Assembly (NCBI RefSeq): GCF_020745735.1
Contig: NC_083408.1
Span: 83,482,484-83,546,483 of the forward strand
Reading direction: 5' to 3'
Origin: Hemiscyllium ocellatum
Lineage: Eukaryota
Length of the DNA stretch: 64,000 nucleotides
Shown: positions 12,138 through 26,189 of the stretch, one piece after another
Layout: the number at the start of each line of letters is the position of its first letter
Numbering within the stretch: the stretch's first letter is position 1
Program-made: the position numbers and the translations under genes
Notes under the pieces: generated by a model
What the model was told of the DNA's origin: nothing
What the model saw: the letters and a program-made list of their open reading frames with translations, nothing else
Databases searched by the model: none

Positions 12138-14375
12138 AGACTAGATTAGAATGGTGCTGGAAAAGCACAGCAGGTCATGCAGCATCCGAAGAGCAGGAAA
12201 ATCGACACTTCGGGCAAAAGCCCTTCATCAGAACTGAAGGCAGGGAGCCTCCAGGGTGGAGAGTTAAATGGAAGGGCGTAGGGCTGGGGAGGAGGTAGCA
12301 AAGAGCACAACGGGTGGATGGGGATGAGGATGATGGTGATAGGTCAGAGAGGAGGATGGAGCGGATAGGTGGGAAGGGAGATTGGAAGGTAGGACAGGTC
12401 ATGAAAATGGTGCTGAGCTGTAAGGTTGGAACTGGGGTAAGGTTGGGGGAGGGTAAATGAGGAAACTGGTGAAGTCCACATTGATGCCCTGGGATTAAAG
12501 TGTTCCGAGGCAGAAGATGAAGCCCTCCATCTCTTCATTTCCAACTGCTGCCGAGACATTAACCGCCTCAACCTTGATACCCCCTCCCCCACTCCAACCT
12601 TTCACACTCACCCTCACAACGCACAGCCCTCCAATCCCTCTGCTCCAATCCCAACCTCATCATCAACCCAATAGATAAAGGGGGTGCAGTGGTAGTTTGG
12701 CGCACTGTCCTCTATACCTCTGAAGCCAGACGCCAACTCGAAGACACATCCTCCTATTGCTCCCTCAACCATGACCCAGCCCCCATCACCAAACCATCAT
12801 CTCCCAGGCCATACACAACCTCATCACCTCAGGAGATCTCCCACCCACAGCTTCAAATCTCATAGTCCGGGAATCCTGCACTGCCCAGTTCTACCTCCTT
12901 CCCAAGATCCACAAGTCGGACCACCCTGGCCGACCCATTGTCTCAACATGCTCCTGCTCCACCCAACTAGTCTCTAACTACCTCAATACTGTCCTATCCC
13001 CCCTAGTGCAGGAATTCCCCACATACATTTGAGACACCACCCACGCCCTCCACCCCTTCCAAGACTTCTGTTTTACTGGCCCCCAATACCTCATCTTCAC
13101 CATGGATATCCAATCCCTCTATACCTCTATTCGATATGACCAGGGCCTCTAAGCCCTCCATTTCGTCCTCTTCCGATGTCCCCAACAGTACCCTTCCACC
13201 GACACTCTCATTCATTTGGCTGAACTGGTCCTCACCCTTAAGAATTTCTCCTTCGAATCCTCCCACTTCCTCCAGACCAAAGGAGTAGCCATGGGCACCT
13301 GCATGGGCCCCAGCTATGCCTGTCTCTTTATTGGCTATGTAGAACAGTCTACCTTCTGTAGTTACACTGGCACCACTCCCTTTCTCTTCCTCCACTACAC
13401 TGATGACTGCATCGGTGCCATCTCGTGCTCCCCTGAGGAAGTTAAGCAGTTCATCAACTTCACCAACATATTCCATCCCAACCTTAAATTCACCTGCACC
13501 ATCTCTGACACCTCTCTCCCCTTCCTGGACCTCTCCATCTCCATCAGTGATGATTGACTTCACACTGACATTTTTACAAACCAACCGACTCCAACAGCTA
13601 CCTGGATTACACCTCTTCCCACCCTACCTCCAGCAAAAATGCTATCCTCTATTCCCAATTCCTCAGCCTCTGCTGTATCTGCTCCCAGGAGGACCAGTTC
13701 CACCACAGTATACACCAGATGGCCTCCTTCTTCAGAGACCACAACTTCCCTTCCCACATGGTTAAAGATGCCCTCTATTACATCTCGCACCACCGCCCTC
13801 CAACCATAACAAGAACAGAACCCCCTGGTCCTCACATGCAGGTCCTGGAGGTCTCTTCCACCACCGCACCCTCACCACCCAACACCTGGAGGAAGAATGC
13901 CTCATCTTTCACCTCGGAATACTTCAGTCCCAGGGCATCATGACTTTCCTAATTTCCCCTCCCCCCACCTTACCCCAGTTCCAACCTTCCAGCTCAGCAC
14001 TATCCTCATGAACCATCTTACCTGCCAATCTACCTTTCCACCTATCAGCTCCACCCTCCTCTCTGACTTATCACCTCCATCCCCACGCCCATCCACCACT
14101 GTCCTCTCTGCTACCTTCCCCCACCCTCCTCTCTGACCTATCACCATTCCCACCTTCATCCACCTATTGTACTCTTTGCTACCTTCTCCCAACCTCCCCA
14201 CCCCCCCTCTTTATCTCACCATCCTGGAGGCTCCCTGCCTTTAGTCCTGACGAAGGGCTCTTGTCCAAAATGTAGATTTTCCTGCTCCTCGGCTGCTGCC
14301 TGACTTGCTGTGCTTTTCCAGCACCACTCCAATCTAGACTCTGATCTCCAGCATCTGCAGTCCTCACTCTTGCCT
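12138..14375 (+). mobile_element. Neptune-type Penelope-like element, family B (inverted 5' pLTR, decayed RT, GIY-YIG core deleted)
   Basis: RT motifs QTKGVAMGTCMGPSYACLF, FLHYTDDC, LPFLDLSI; inverted pLTR at ~12138-12525; 15-bp TSD attaaattagggcag at 12123-12137 and 14376-14390. Confidence 0.93.
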
Positions 14376-16468
14376 ATTAAATTAGGGCAGTCCCACCAAG
14401 TGGAATAACAGAACAGAAAAGATAGAAATTTGATTTATGGTGAACGCTCATTAAACAGCAATAGAAAGTATTGCAAATTGTAAATCCTAACCAAGGAATA
14501 GGGAGTTTCAGTTACTATTTGACATGAGGATCAGTAACCAAGCAGATGAATTTTTAAATAATTGTAAAAATTGCAGCATGAAATGAGGTGAAATATTTTT
14601 ACAAAGCGTTATGAGCTGAAAGCTCTGTCTAAAATCATAATTCAATGCGGATGGAATTCAAAAAAGGATTTTACTCAAAAATGAAAAGCATTGCAGCACA
14701 ATTGGAATAGAACAAAATGAGAATGGAACTAATTAGATGGCCCTTTCACAGAACCAGCACAGACAGAATGAGCGAAATCCTTCCATGTTGTTACATAATT
14801 GTATAAGTTAATAACTATATGCAGTAGACTGAACACAGCTTGATGAGACTGATCACCAACTTAATAAGTTTGTTTCATGGCAATTTAAATTTATAAAGCT
14901 TAAACTGGTAAGGCAAATAAAAGCAAATGTGTTATATTGTACCTGATGTAGTGCAAATGCCTATTCCGTGGAATAGGGATACTAGCAACCGATAGAAAGA
15001 ATCTGGGCTCATTTTTAGTGTACTATTCACAATTGCTACAATGGCTGGAGCATGATACAAGAGAGCCATTATCCTTGCTTCATCACTGAGTTTGTGTTAT
15101 CATGGCATATTGTCTTCCAAAAGGGCATTCTCGGAGAAGGAGCACAAACTCATTATTTGAGACACCAGAATACTATATAGTACAACCAGAGGTGCCTCCT
15201 TGATTTCTTTCATTCTAAGCATTTCTTAATAATTTATTGCACACTGTTCCATGTAAAATTAGGTAAACTAATTGATCTCATTTTGCTTAAAGATCCGAAA
15301 TTGAGTTGAAGTCCTATCCTAAACTTGAAATATGGTGATATGTGCCTTAGACAAAAACCTCAAAACTTCAATAAATAACAAAAATTGGACTTATTTTCGG
15401 ATTTGATCCAAAACAATTCATTTGTGGTTTTTAAGATAAAATGTTGAAGTGGATTTTATGCCAGTCAGACTTCCATTTCACATAGCAGTTACATCCTTAA
15501 GCACTTCTCTGAAATGGGTTGTCATGCGTTATGTTTAAAAAGAGCCTCTTGTGACTGAAGAAAAAGGAAATCACCTTGTGTTGGTGCTTCATCTTGTTAT
15601 CTTATACACAAGTGTTCTCTAACTGGGTTTGGAAAAAATGAATTTTCCAGTTAACAAATGTTTCCCTCACAGAATAAATGCTCGTGGATATTCTTGTGGA
15701 TGCACTCTGGAAATATCCAGACAATTCTCTCTATTAATATTATCCAATACTGATAACAAATGAAATTTGTATGTCAGTGGCATTTTAAAGAGTAGTAGGC
15801 ATCACCTTTATGGGCAATTAATGATTAGCATTTGCATATTTAAAAAACAATGGGCTGAATCTTACACTTTAAGGCTAAGTGCAAATTTTGTTGAGTTTTT
15901 GGAGGGATTCATGCTGTGACATCCAATGAGAAATCTCATGGATCTGATTAAACATATCTCATTAACAACACTCAATTGCATCCTTCACATCCAGTTCCAA
16001 TCCAATCTTACCAGGTACCTTCAGCGCAACCTGCCACTCAGCCGCTACACAAAGAGCAAACTTCCTTGTGCCTCCATTCCCTTTAAAGAACGAGCATTGG
16101 CAATCCAGCGCACCCCTCACGGGCAATGTCATTGTGCTGTTCACTGTCGGTAACTCACCACTGTGCCCGCCCCCCACCTATCATAGCTTTCCAATGTTGT
16201 TCCACATAGTCCCATTATACCTTGTGTTTCTCACCCTCCCACTGTCACTGTCTTTGTTCCCATTTTTACAAAAGCCTCTGCTCCACGCCACATCCTAAAC
16301 TTGGTTCCTCCCACCATGTCCATAGCCGTGAAACTACAAGCCTCCCATGAATCTTTCTTCATCGGATGGAGAGACTTCCATGACAGTATTCATCCAAGAC
16401 TTCAGAATGACTTCAGTGAGAGGTCCCTGGACATAACTAACCAGGCCCCTGACCACTGGCTTTGCAGG

Positions 16469-16880
16469 GCATAAGTGAGGACTGCAGATGGTGGAGGATG
16501 AATGCATCATCTTCTGCCTCTGAACACTTCAACCCCAGGGCATCAATGTGGACTTCACCAGTTTCCTCAACCCCCACCTTACCCCAGTTCCAACTTTCCA
16601 GCTCAGCACCATCCTCATGATCTGATCTATCTGCCAAATTTCCTTCCCACCAATCCACTCCATCCTCCCCTCTGACTTATCACCTTCATCCCCACCCCCA
16701 TCCACCCATTGTACTCTTTGCTATGTTCTCCCTCCCCCCCCCCCAACCCATTTTTCTCTCCACCCCGGAGGCTCCCTGCCTCCATTCCTAATAAAGGGCT
16801 TATGCCCGAACGGTCGATTTTCTTGCTCCTCGGATGCTGCCTGACCTGCTGTGCTTTTCCAACACCACTCTAATCTAGAT
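16469..16880 (+). mobile_element. Penelope family B 3' fragment with inverted tail
   Basis: Homologous to 13890-14340; inverted tail aagtgaggactgcagatg at left; TSD actggct(t/c)tgcagg at 16455-16468 and 16881-16894. Confidence 0.88.
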
Positions 16881-17109
16881 ACTGGCTCTGCAGGACTCCG
16901 TGCTCACTGTTCCCATGCCTGAAAGCTCTGGGATCCCCTTGACTGTACCGAGGGCTAACCCTAGCCAGTCTCTGGCTGTATGCCACATGTTTTCAGTACT
17001 AGATGAGTATCACAATGTGCCATGCAGCAAAATAACTCCCTTTGACTCCTCACTCCAGGCAATTTCCCACTGACAAGTAACAACAAGCATTCTGTCTGTG
17101 TCTTTACAC

Positions 17110-17207
17110 ATTCCTGATGAACAGCTTATGCTTGAAACGTCAACTCTCTTGCTCCTTGGATGCTGCCTGATCGGCTGTGCTTTTCCAGCATGACACTTTT
17201 TGACTCT
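17110..17207 (+). mobile_element. Penelope family B pLTR mini-copy
   Basis: attcctgatgaacagcttatgcttgaaacgtc...gctgtgcttttccagc; begins at hammerhead stem I. Confidence 0.8.
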
Positions 17208-18283
17208 AATGTCTACACAAAACACCTTGCCAACATGCAAGGTGACTGACTGGGCAGTTAGAACCAACAGCTAACAGGCATGGCACAGCAAGGCATGGAT
17301 GTTGCACACATGCAGTTAAGTGCTAAGGGAGCAAGCAAACAGGCCTGAGGTGCTGCCTTCGTCCAGTTGGGTGCCTGTCCCTCCATGCAAATCTGCCTGC
17401 AGCAACTTGTCCAATGCTAGTTTCCAGTGCTAACTGCAATGTCAGTCTGTGCTCCTTACAAGTGGATTGGAGAGGTGTCATGATAGCATGTGCAGCTGGC
17501 AAATGTCCAATGCCAATGTCTGGCTGCGAGAGGTGTGTGCAGCAGGCAGCTCAGGTTTGTGCCCTGAGGTGCTGTTTGGAGCTGAGCAACAGAGAGCCTT
17601 TCCTGTAGCCGCCAGTGAGCTGTCATTGTTACGTACCAGCTCTGACCCTCCCGCTGAGATTGCACAATGCCTAGGTCCATTGACATGTTTGGTAAGGTAG
17701 GAAGCTGAAAATTCTTGAGGAAACTTAAGGCATTAAATAAGGTATAATCTCTCATAATTAGCAACTCCCTGCTGCCTATTGAGAGACTTGCCTTGCCACT
17801 CAGCGAATGCATAAAAGCCACAGTAATCCCCTGTCAATGTTGAAATGTATCTTTCTAGAGCTCTCAGCTGATTCTACCACAAATCTAATCATAGCCCATA
17901 CTGTTCTGACTTCCATAAGATTCCGTTCAGTGAAACCACCAGAGAGGAATGAATTAAACAGCAACTTCCATTAAATGCGAACTCAATCACATCAGTAACA
18001 GTGAGTTAATGTGCCAGATTTCCTGTTCCACCAGGCCCCTTGCTATCACCAGGAGAATCAACATAGTCACACTCTAAGTTCACCGGGAGATGTTGAATCA
18101 TGTCTGTTCTACTATAAATGGATTATTGCAACATGATAAGTCTTTCAAACTTCACTGCTGACGTTGAAAATTAAGTTTGAAAATGTAGAGTCTCATTCTC
18201 TCAAATTTTAATTACTGTCCGATATTTTATAAAAACCTTTTTTGTATTTCTGTTTCTTATTTCTTTGCCTTAATCCTATTGCA

Positions 18284-18752
18284 GGTGGCATGGTGACCCA
18301 GTCTTTAACACTACTGCTTCCCAGCACTAGGCACCCAGGTTTGGTTCCAGCTTTGGTCAACAGTTTGTGTGGAATTTGAATGTTCTCCCTATGTCTGGTG
18401 TGAGCTTTATCCAGGTGCTCCCACAGTTCTGAGATGGGCAGACTAGGTGGATTGGAGAAAGTGAGGTCTGCAGATGCTGGAGTATCAGAGCTGAAAATGT
18501 GTTGCTGGAAAAGCGCAGCAGATCAGGCAGCATCTAAGGAACAGGAAATTTGACGGTGCGGGCATAAGCCTGAAACATCGAATTTCCTGTTCCTTGGATA
18601 CCGCCTGACCTGCTGCACTTTTCCAGCAACACATTTTCAGACTAGGTGGATTGGCCATGGGAACATGCAACTGGGTAGGGGAGATGCTCTTTGGGGAGTT
18701 GGTGTGGACCCTATGGGCTGAATGGCCTGCTTCTACACTGTAGGGATTGTAT
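18284..18752 (+). mobile_element. Older HE1-type SINE, interrupted
   Basis: Decayed tRNA head, V-domain and tail tgggctgaatggcctgcttctacactgtagggatt. Confidence 0.8.
18456..18640. mobile_element. Palindromic Penelope family B mini-insertion inside the SINE
   Basis: ~65-bp inverted arms turning at gggcataagcc; duplication (cag)actaggtggattgg at 18439-18455 and 18638-18654. Confidence 0.88.
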
Positions 18753-20962
18753 TTTTTCTTCAAGTGTGATTTTATTTCAGGAGACCCACTTGGACTAAGA
18801 GATTCAGCATTGGTTTAGGAATCTATTTATTTCAGCAGCAGGCTTGATCATAGCTTCTTACTCAGCGATGACATTAACGTGCTACTCCCCGCAATAGAAC
18901 TTGTTCATATTCATTATACTGAATCTGAGAGAGCACCATCAGTAATGTCAGATCCATGCAGCCAGAAACTTAAGACTGAAAGGATCTGATGTGACCCTGC
19001 AGGTATTGCCAAGATGAGACATTGAGGGATATTTTTGAAAGAGACTGGATCATAGTGCTGGATGACACTTTGTCAGAACTCTTTAAGTTGAAAAACAGTT
19101 GTTCAATGGTCAAAGCAGTGCAGTCAGCCAAGCAGGTTGATCATTATAAGCAAAACAAGCTCTTCACCTGGGCAGAAATAGAGATTTCCTTAGGCCAGAC
19201 CACTAACACTAATCCAGTTCCATTTGTCTATCAGAAGTCTGTCAGTGTTCCAACAAGAAAACAAATTGCATTCACTGCCATTGCTCTACGTTACCTTGTG
19301 ACAGGCTAAAATCTCCCCAGTGCCAAGCTTACCCAGCCATTAACATTGACTACCACGCATGGACAGAACAGTAAACTGCATTTGGGGAATCCGACAAAGC
19401 AGGCAATCAGGTCACAATGGAGTTAAACTGTTTAATGGTGCAATTTGTCAGAATAAACTGAGTGTGAATGTTATTTTCAGGATAAGTATAAAATATCATA
19501 GCATTGTCAAGTTCATAAACTTGTGAATCCACACTTAATAATGACTTTCTGAACTCTATCCTAAACTCAAATGTTTTAAAATATTAAGGAACAATATGAA
19601 AACAAAGAATTCTACCATAAGTCACAAGCTTATCTTTTGTAGGAAAACAGGTCACTTTGTGATAAGAATATAACATTTGCTTTGGGATTTTTAGTTTCTA
19701 GCAGTTGTCAAATATTTATCAATGAGGATTATTAAATATTAAAATATGGTTAGAGGAAATATTTCTTTCATCGCCTTTGTTCAAAGTATTTTTTTTCTCA
19801 GTGGGGAGTAACATTGTATGATCGTCACTCATTTCTTGGGGTAGTCTGCTAGGGTAGGTCAACTGGGTCGGCCATGCTCAGTCCTTGGGGTCAATCGGGG
19901 GCCATTGCCATGGGAAGTTCCATTGTGTGAGCTAGAGGCGGAAGGCCGAAACGTTATGAAAAGGGGAGAAACACAATATTTTAGGGGGAAGTAGGTGACA
20001 CAACATTGAAGGGAAAAGGTTAATGCAGGAGGGGAGGTTCATTGATAAGCAGCAATATCCTGGCTTCAAAGAGGGGGTGGGGAAGTACAGTGGGCAACTT
20101 TATCTGCCATATTGAGTCAATGTGCCTAGGATTGTGTGTGGTAATTTGCAGAAATTAAGATTTAGATAAATGAGTTGGGTGGGAATGCTGCAAGTGGGAT
20201 TTGCTGGTCAGGCTACCAGGAAGGGAATGGGGGAATTCATTGAGGAAGAGTCAGAATCTGAGACTCATTTTGTGAAGAGTGGTAGCTGCTTTCTTTCACT
20301 GTGCTGTAAAACACCAAGTGCACAATGGAGTTGAAATTGGCTGCCACTACACCTAGAGTGCTTCACTCTGAGAGGGAGAGATCTTCACATTCCCCATCAA
20401 AGTGCAATCATCCTTTACAGGAGCTGCTCACTTCACACCTTAGACCATAAAACAAGTGCAGTGCGAAGGATGACTAAGCTGTACATCTTCAACATTGTAA
20501 CTACAATTGGACAGATATTTGCTCAAAGACCAAATGATGAAAGCTGAATGTATGTGCCCTCAAAGTCTTTTTTTTCCCTCCTTCTATGTCTCAGAACAAT
20601 CCTGGTGTCTACAGCTGGCTTGGAGAGAGCCAGCTTACCAGTGGAGCCTGTGGCCTTTGCTCAGGTGACCCTGGAGAAAATGTATCTAGGAGATAGAAGC
20701 AATGAGGAATTTGAAACAGCAACAGTATGTGATGGATGGCAGTTAGAGGGAGGAGGGAAAGTCTCAGATACAGTCATATAGATGGGTTAACTCCAGGAAG
20801 GGTAAGAGAGGTAGGCAGCTAGTGCAGGAGTCTTTTGTGGATATACCCATTTCAAACAGGTATGCTGTTTTTGGAAAATGTAGGGGTTGATGGATCCTCA
20901 GGGGAACAAGCACGAACAGCCAAGTTTCTGGTATTGAAACTGGCTCTCATGCAACGAGGGGT

Positions 20963-21487
20963 ATGTCGGCTTCGAAGAGATCAATTGTATTAGGGGATTC
21001 TGTAGTCCGAGGTACAGACAGACATTTCTGTGGCCAGCAGAGAAAAAGCAGAATGGTATGTTGTTTCCCTGGGGCCAGGATCAAGGATGTCTCAGAGAGG
21101 ATGCAGAATGTTCTCACGGTGGAGAGGGGACAGCAGGAGGTCATTGTCCACATTGGAACCAATGACATTGGAAGGGAAAAGGTTGAGATTCTGTAGGGAG
21201 ATTAGAGAGAGTTAGGCAGAAATTTAAAAAGGAAGTCCTCAAGGGTAGTAATATCTGGATTACTCCCAGTGCTACGAGCTAATGAGGGCAGGAATAGAAG
21301 GATAGAGCAGATGAATACATGGCTGAGGAGCAGGTGTACGGGAGAAGGATTCACATTTTTGGATCATTGGAATCTCTTTTGGGGTAGAAGTGACCTGTAC
21401 AAGAAGGACAGATTGCACCTATATTGGAAGGGGACTAATATGCTGGCAGGGAAATTTGCTAGAACTGCTTGGGAGGATTTAAACTAG
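20963..21487 (+). pseudogene. CR1 ORF1 esterase (SGNH/GDSL-like) domain, disrupted
   Basis: IVLGDSVVRG, CCFPGARIKDV, VIVHIGTND, DLYKKDRLHL motifs; stop at 21194-21196. Confidence 0.9.
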
Positions 21488-21599
21488 TAAGGTGGGGGGT
21501 GGGACCCGGGGAGATAGTGAGGAAAGAGATCGATCTGAGACGGGTACAGCTGAGAACAGAAGTGAGTCAAACAGTCAGGGCAGGCAGGGACAAGTTGGA

Positions 21600-24400
21600 A
21601 TAATAAATTAAACTGCATTTATTTCAATTCAAGGGACCTAACAGGGAACTCCGGGCATGGTTAGGAACATGGGACTGGGATATCATAGCAATTCCAGAAA
21701 CATGGCTCAGGGATGGGCAGGACTGGCAGCTTAACGTTCCAGGATACAAATGCTACAGGAAGGATAGAAAGGGAGACAAGAGAGGAGGGGGGTGGCATTT
21801 TTGATAGGGATAGCATTACAGCTGTGCTGAGGGAGGATATTCCCGGAAATACATCCAGGGAAGTTATTTGGGTGGAACTGAGAAATAAGAAAGGGATGAT
21901 CACCTTACTGGGATTGTATCATAGACCCCATAATAGTCAGAGGGAAATTGAGAAACAAACTTGTAAGGAGATCTCAGCTATCTGTAAGAATAATAGGGTG
22001 GTTATGATAGGGGATTTGAACTTTCCAAACATTGACTGGGACTGCCATAGTGTTAAAGGTTTAGATGGAGAAGAATTTCTTCAGTGCATACAAGACATTT
22101 TTCCGATTCAGTATGTGAATGTACTTACTAGAGAAGGTGCAAAACTTGACCTACTCTTGGGAAATAAGGCAGGGCAGGTGACTGAGGTGTCAGTGGGGGA
22201 GCACTTTGGGGTCAGCGACCATAATTCTATTAGATTTAAAATAATGATGGAAAAGAATAGACCATATCTAAAAGTTAACGTTCTAAATTGGAGAAAGGCC
22301 AATTTTGACGGTATTAGGCAAGAACTTTTGAAAGATGATCGGAGGCAGATGTTCGCAGGTAAAGGGATGGCTGGAAAATGGGAAGCCTTCAGAAATGAGA
22401 TAACAAGAATCCAGCGAAAGTATATTCCTGTCATGGTGAAAGAGAGGGCTGGTAGGTATTGGGAATGCTGGATGACTAAAGAAATTGAGGGGTTGGTAAA
22501 GAAAAAGAAGGAAACATATGTCAGGTGTAGACAGGATAGATCGAGTGAATCCTTAGAAGAGTATAAAGAAAGTAGGAGTATACTTAAGAGGGAAATCAGG
22601 AGGGCAAAAAGGGGACATGAGGTAGCTTTGGCAAATAGAATTAAGGAGAATCCAAAGGGTTTTTACAAATATATTAAGGACAAAAGGGTAACAAGGGAGA
22701 GAATAGGGCCCCTCAAAGATCAGCAAGGCGGCCTTTGTGTGGAGCCACAAAAAATGGGGGAGATACTAAATGAATATTTTTCATCAGACTTTCCTGTGGA
22801 AAAGGATATGGAAGATATAGACTGTAGGGAAATAGATGGTGACATCTTGCAAAATGTCCAGATTACAGAGGAGGAAGTGCTGGATGTCTTGAAAAGGTTA
22901 AAGGTGAATAAATCCCCAGGACTTGATCAGGTATACCCGAGAACTCTGTGGGAAGCTAGGGAAGTGATTGCTGGGCCTCTTGCTGAGATATTTGTATCAT
23001 TGGTAGTCACAGGTGAGGTGCCGGAAGACTGGAGGTTGGCAAATGTGCCACTGTTTAAGAAGGGCGGTAAAGACAAGCCAGGGAACTATAGACCGTTGAG
23101 CCTGACCTCGGTGTGGGCAAGTTGTTGGAGGGACAGGATGTACATGTATTTGGAAAGGAAAGGACTGATTTAGGATAGTCAACATGGTTTTGTGTGTGGG
23201 AAATCATGTCTCACAAACTTGATTGAGTTTTTTGAAGAAATGACAAAGAAGATTGATGAGGGAAGAGCAGTAGATGTGATCTATCTGGACTTCAGTAAGG
23301 TGTTCAACAAGGTTCCCCATGGCAGACAGATTAGCAAGGTTAGATCTCATGTAATACAGGGAGAACTAGCCATTTGGATACAGAACTGGTCAAAGGTAGA
23401 AGACAGAACGTGGTGGTGGAGGGTTGTTTTTCAGACTGGAAGCCTGTGAGCAGTGGAGTACCACAAGGATCGGTGCTGGGTCCTCTACTTTTTGTCATTT
23501 ACATAAATGATTTGGATGCGGGCATAAGAGGTACAGTTAGTAAGTTTGCAGATGACACCAACATTGGAGGTGTAGTGGACAGCGAAGAGGGTTACCTCAG
23601 ATTACAACGGGATCTGGACCAGATGGGCCAATGGGCTGAGAAGTGGCAGATGGAGTTTAATTCAGATAAATGCGAGGTGCTGCATTTTGGGAAAGCAAAT
23701 CTTAGCAGGACTTATACACTTAATGGTAAGGTCCTAGGGAGTGTTGCTGAACAAAGAGGCCTTGGAGTGCAGGTTCCTAGCTTCTTGAAAGTGGAATCGC
23801 AGGTAGATAGGATAGTGAAGAAGGCATTTGGTATGCTTTCCTTTATTAGTCAGAGTATTGAGTACAGGAGTTGGGAGGTCATGTTGCGGCTGTACAGGAC
23901 ATTGGTTCGGCCACTGTTGGAATATTGCATGCAGTTCTGGTCTCCTTCCTATCGGAAAGATGTCGTGAAACTAGAAAGGGTTCAGAAAAGATTTACAAGG
24001 ATGTTACCAGTGTTGGAGGATCTGAGCTACAGGGAGAGGCTGAACAGACTGGGGCTGCTTTCCCTGGACCGTCGGCGGCTGAGGGGTGACCTTATAGAGG
24101 TTTACAAAATTATGAGAGGCATGGATCGGATAAATAGACAAAGTCTTTTCTCTGGGGTCAGAGAGTCCGGAACTAGAGGGCATAGGTTTAGGGTGAGAGG
24201 GGCAAGATATAAAAGGGGCAACTTTTTCATGTAGAGGGTGGTACGTGTTTGGAATGAGCTGCCAGAGGATGTGGTGGAGGCTGGTACAATTGCAGCATTT
24301 AAGAGGCATTTGAATGGGTATATGAATATAAAGGGTTTGGAGGGAAATGGGCTGGGTGCTGGCAGGTGGGACTAGATTGAGTTGGGATTTGTGTTCGGCA
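21600..24400 (+). pseudogene. CR1 ORF2 (APE endonuclease plus reverse transcriptase), frameshifted
   Basis: ORF-track segments 21713-23173, 23192-23449 and 23374-24234 together cover the EN and RT motifs. Confidence 0.92.
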
Positions 24401-24983
24401 TGGACAGGTTGGACCGAAGGGTCTGTTTCCATGCTGTACATCTCTATAACTCTATGACGCAGATGTCTGTGTGTGTCTGCCCCGAGGCAGATTTCTGGTA
24501 TACTTTCTGTTATAAATGCACATCATTTCTGAATGTTTCAGAAAGCTAACAAAACAAACTGGAACATTGCTCACACAAAAAGAAATAAGCAAATATATGA
24601 CTGTACTGGTCTCTCATTTTCAGGAGACTACACAGAGCATAATCACTACCATATCTTCTCGTCCCTCCAGTTGTGATATAATTACAATCACACAGCCCAG
24701 GAAATTAAAGTTGTCTTTGACATAATCTCTGAATAGTCTTGTGAAATGGCTTTGTCACTACAATCTCAGCTGAATCTCAGCCTATTCTATTGCAGATAAG
24801 ACGAGAATAGTTACCAGTTCAGAGATAGTATAGTGAGTGTAAAAATATTAAATGGATATCTCTGGTAATGAAAGTGAAAATGTACAGAAGCCTTTCTCTC
24901 TTCCATATTCTAAATTTAGTTTAGATTCACAACTAGAGAATGTGCTGAGGATGTCATTGCAAAATCATTACATAGATACAAGT

Positions 24984-25186
24984 CATGATTTGGAAGTGCC
25001 AGTGTTGGACTGGGCTGTACAAAGTTAAAAATCACACGACACCAGGTTATAGTCCAACAGGTTTACCTGGAAGCACTAGCTCTTGGTGCCCTGCGCCTAC
25101 AACCACTTGATGAAGGAACAGCGTTCCGAAAGCTAATGCTTTCAATTAAACCTGTTGGACTATAATCTGGTGTTGTGTGATTTAAA
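24984..25186. mobile_element. Palindromic Penelope pLTR insertion, family A
   Basis: Inverted arms, hammerhead remnant at 25104-25137, 12-bp TSD atagatacaagt at 24972-24983 and 25187-25198. Confidence 0.88.
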
Positions 25187-26189
25187 ATAGATACAAGTGC
25201 CATGGATACGTAACAAAATGGATTCTTACAGTTGACTACTCCTCTGCCTAAATAGCACTAAACATTGGTCAGGTGACTTGGAAGCACCAATGGAAGAGCT
25301 TGCAAAAATTGAATACAGAATCTAAGTAAAGATTGTTTTATGAAATGTCACCTATCAAGACACATGTCATATTTAAAGTGGACTTTGGATGTTAGAAGTG
25401 GAGAGACTAGAACATATTGGGATACAAAAGGGGTACAGTTTATTGTCAGATGTGAAACCACTATTGTGCAGACAGCGTGCACCCCGTCCAGAAACATGAG
25501 GCTTATCTGCACCTGGACCATTGCAATAATTTGAGTGAGCTGCTTCTGGATGGGTGTCTGGGTTCCAGAAGTAGTTTGCTCATTGGTCATTGGTCATTTT
25601 TGTGCCAGTTGACCCCACAACTGCAGTGCTGTTACAGGTGGAAAGGAAAATGGAATTGGGTTGGATCACAAGGCACCATCAGTCCTCTGCCATAAAGCCA
25701 ATAGAATCATTTCAACTCCTGGCTCCGTTCAAAAAAGAGAAATCACATTTCTATGTCACAAAAAACACCCAGAAAACCTTTGAGGAAAGGGGCATACACC
25801 TGAACCACTTTAGAGGTTATAGTTCATCTAGTTCAGCATTTTGGAACAGAAAACTTAGAGCTGAAGCTTTCCTCTGTGAGATGAAAATTGAGACCAAATC
25901 TGAATCACATTCCCATCCATCTGTGTCACCATGCTGCCAGGGAATGCAGTTTAATTGACTAGAGACTTAATTGACCCAAAGGCTGGTCTGTTCTCCAATT
26001 AGTCAGAACTGAGGTTGGAAGCAGACTGATTCTGGAGCAGGCAAATTAAACATCCAATTCCTTTCATAAGACCTCAAAGCATGGCTAAAATGTCCTTAGA
26101 ATATTGTAAGACTATGTTAAGATTTAAAGGCTTTTCCCTTCAAGCCCCTCACTATATTCATCATCCACGTTTCCACAAAGTCACCTCCC

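Larger units (their letters stand above)
20694..24457 (+). mobile_element. Near-full-length CR1 LINE, 5'-truncated in ORF1
   Basis: SGNH-esterase ORF1, APE endonuclease (GDLNFP, LDLLL, SDHNSI), RT (PQGSVLGP, KFADD), 3' UTR ending ctctataactctatga. Confidence 0.97.

Noticed and set aside
13003-13584. 193-aa Gly/Glu/Val-rich ORF and similar antisense ORFs at 8216-8732 and 47506-48790
   Set aside because: Antisense shadows of PLE or CR1 coding sequence
14944-15070. Minus-strand short ORF ending at a CAG|GTACAA donor
   Set aside because: Unrecognisable peptide with upstream stops; likely chance
15851-17929. Harbinger-like TIR pair (tgggctgaatctta / taagattccgttca)
   Set aside because: Only 11/14 match and no TSD; insufficient support
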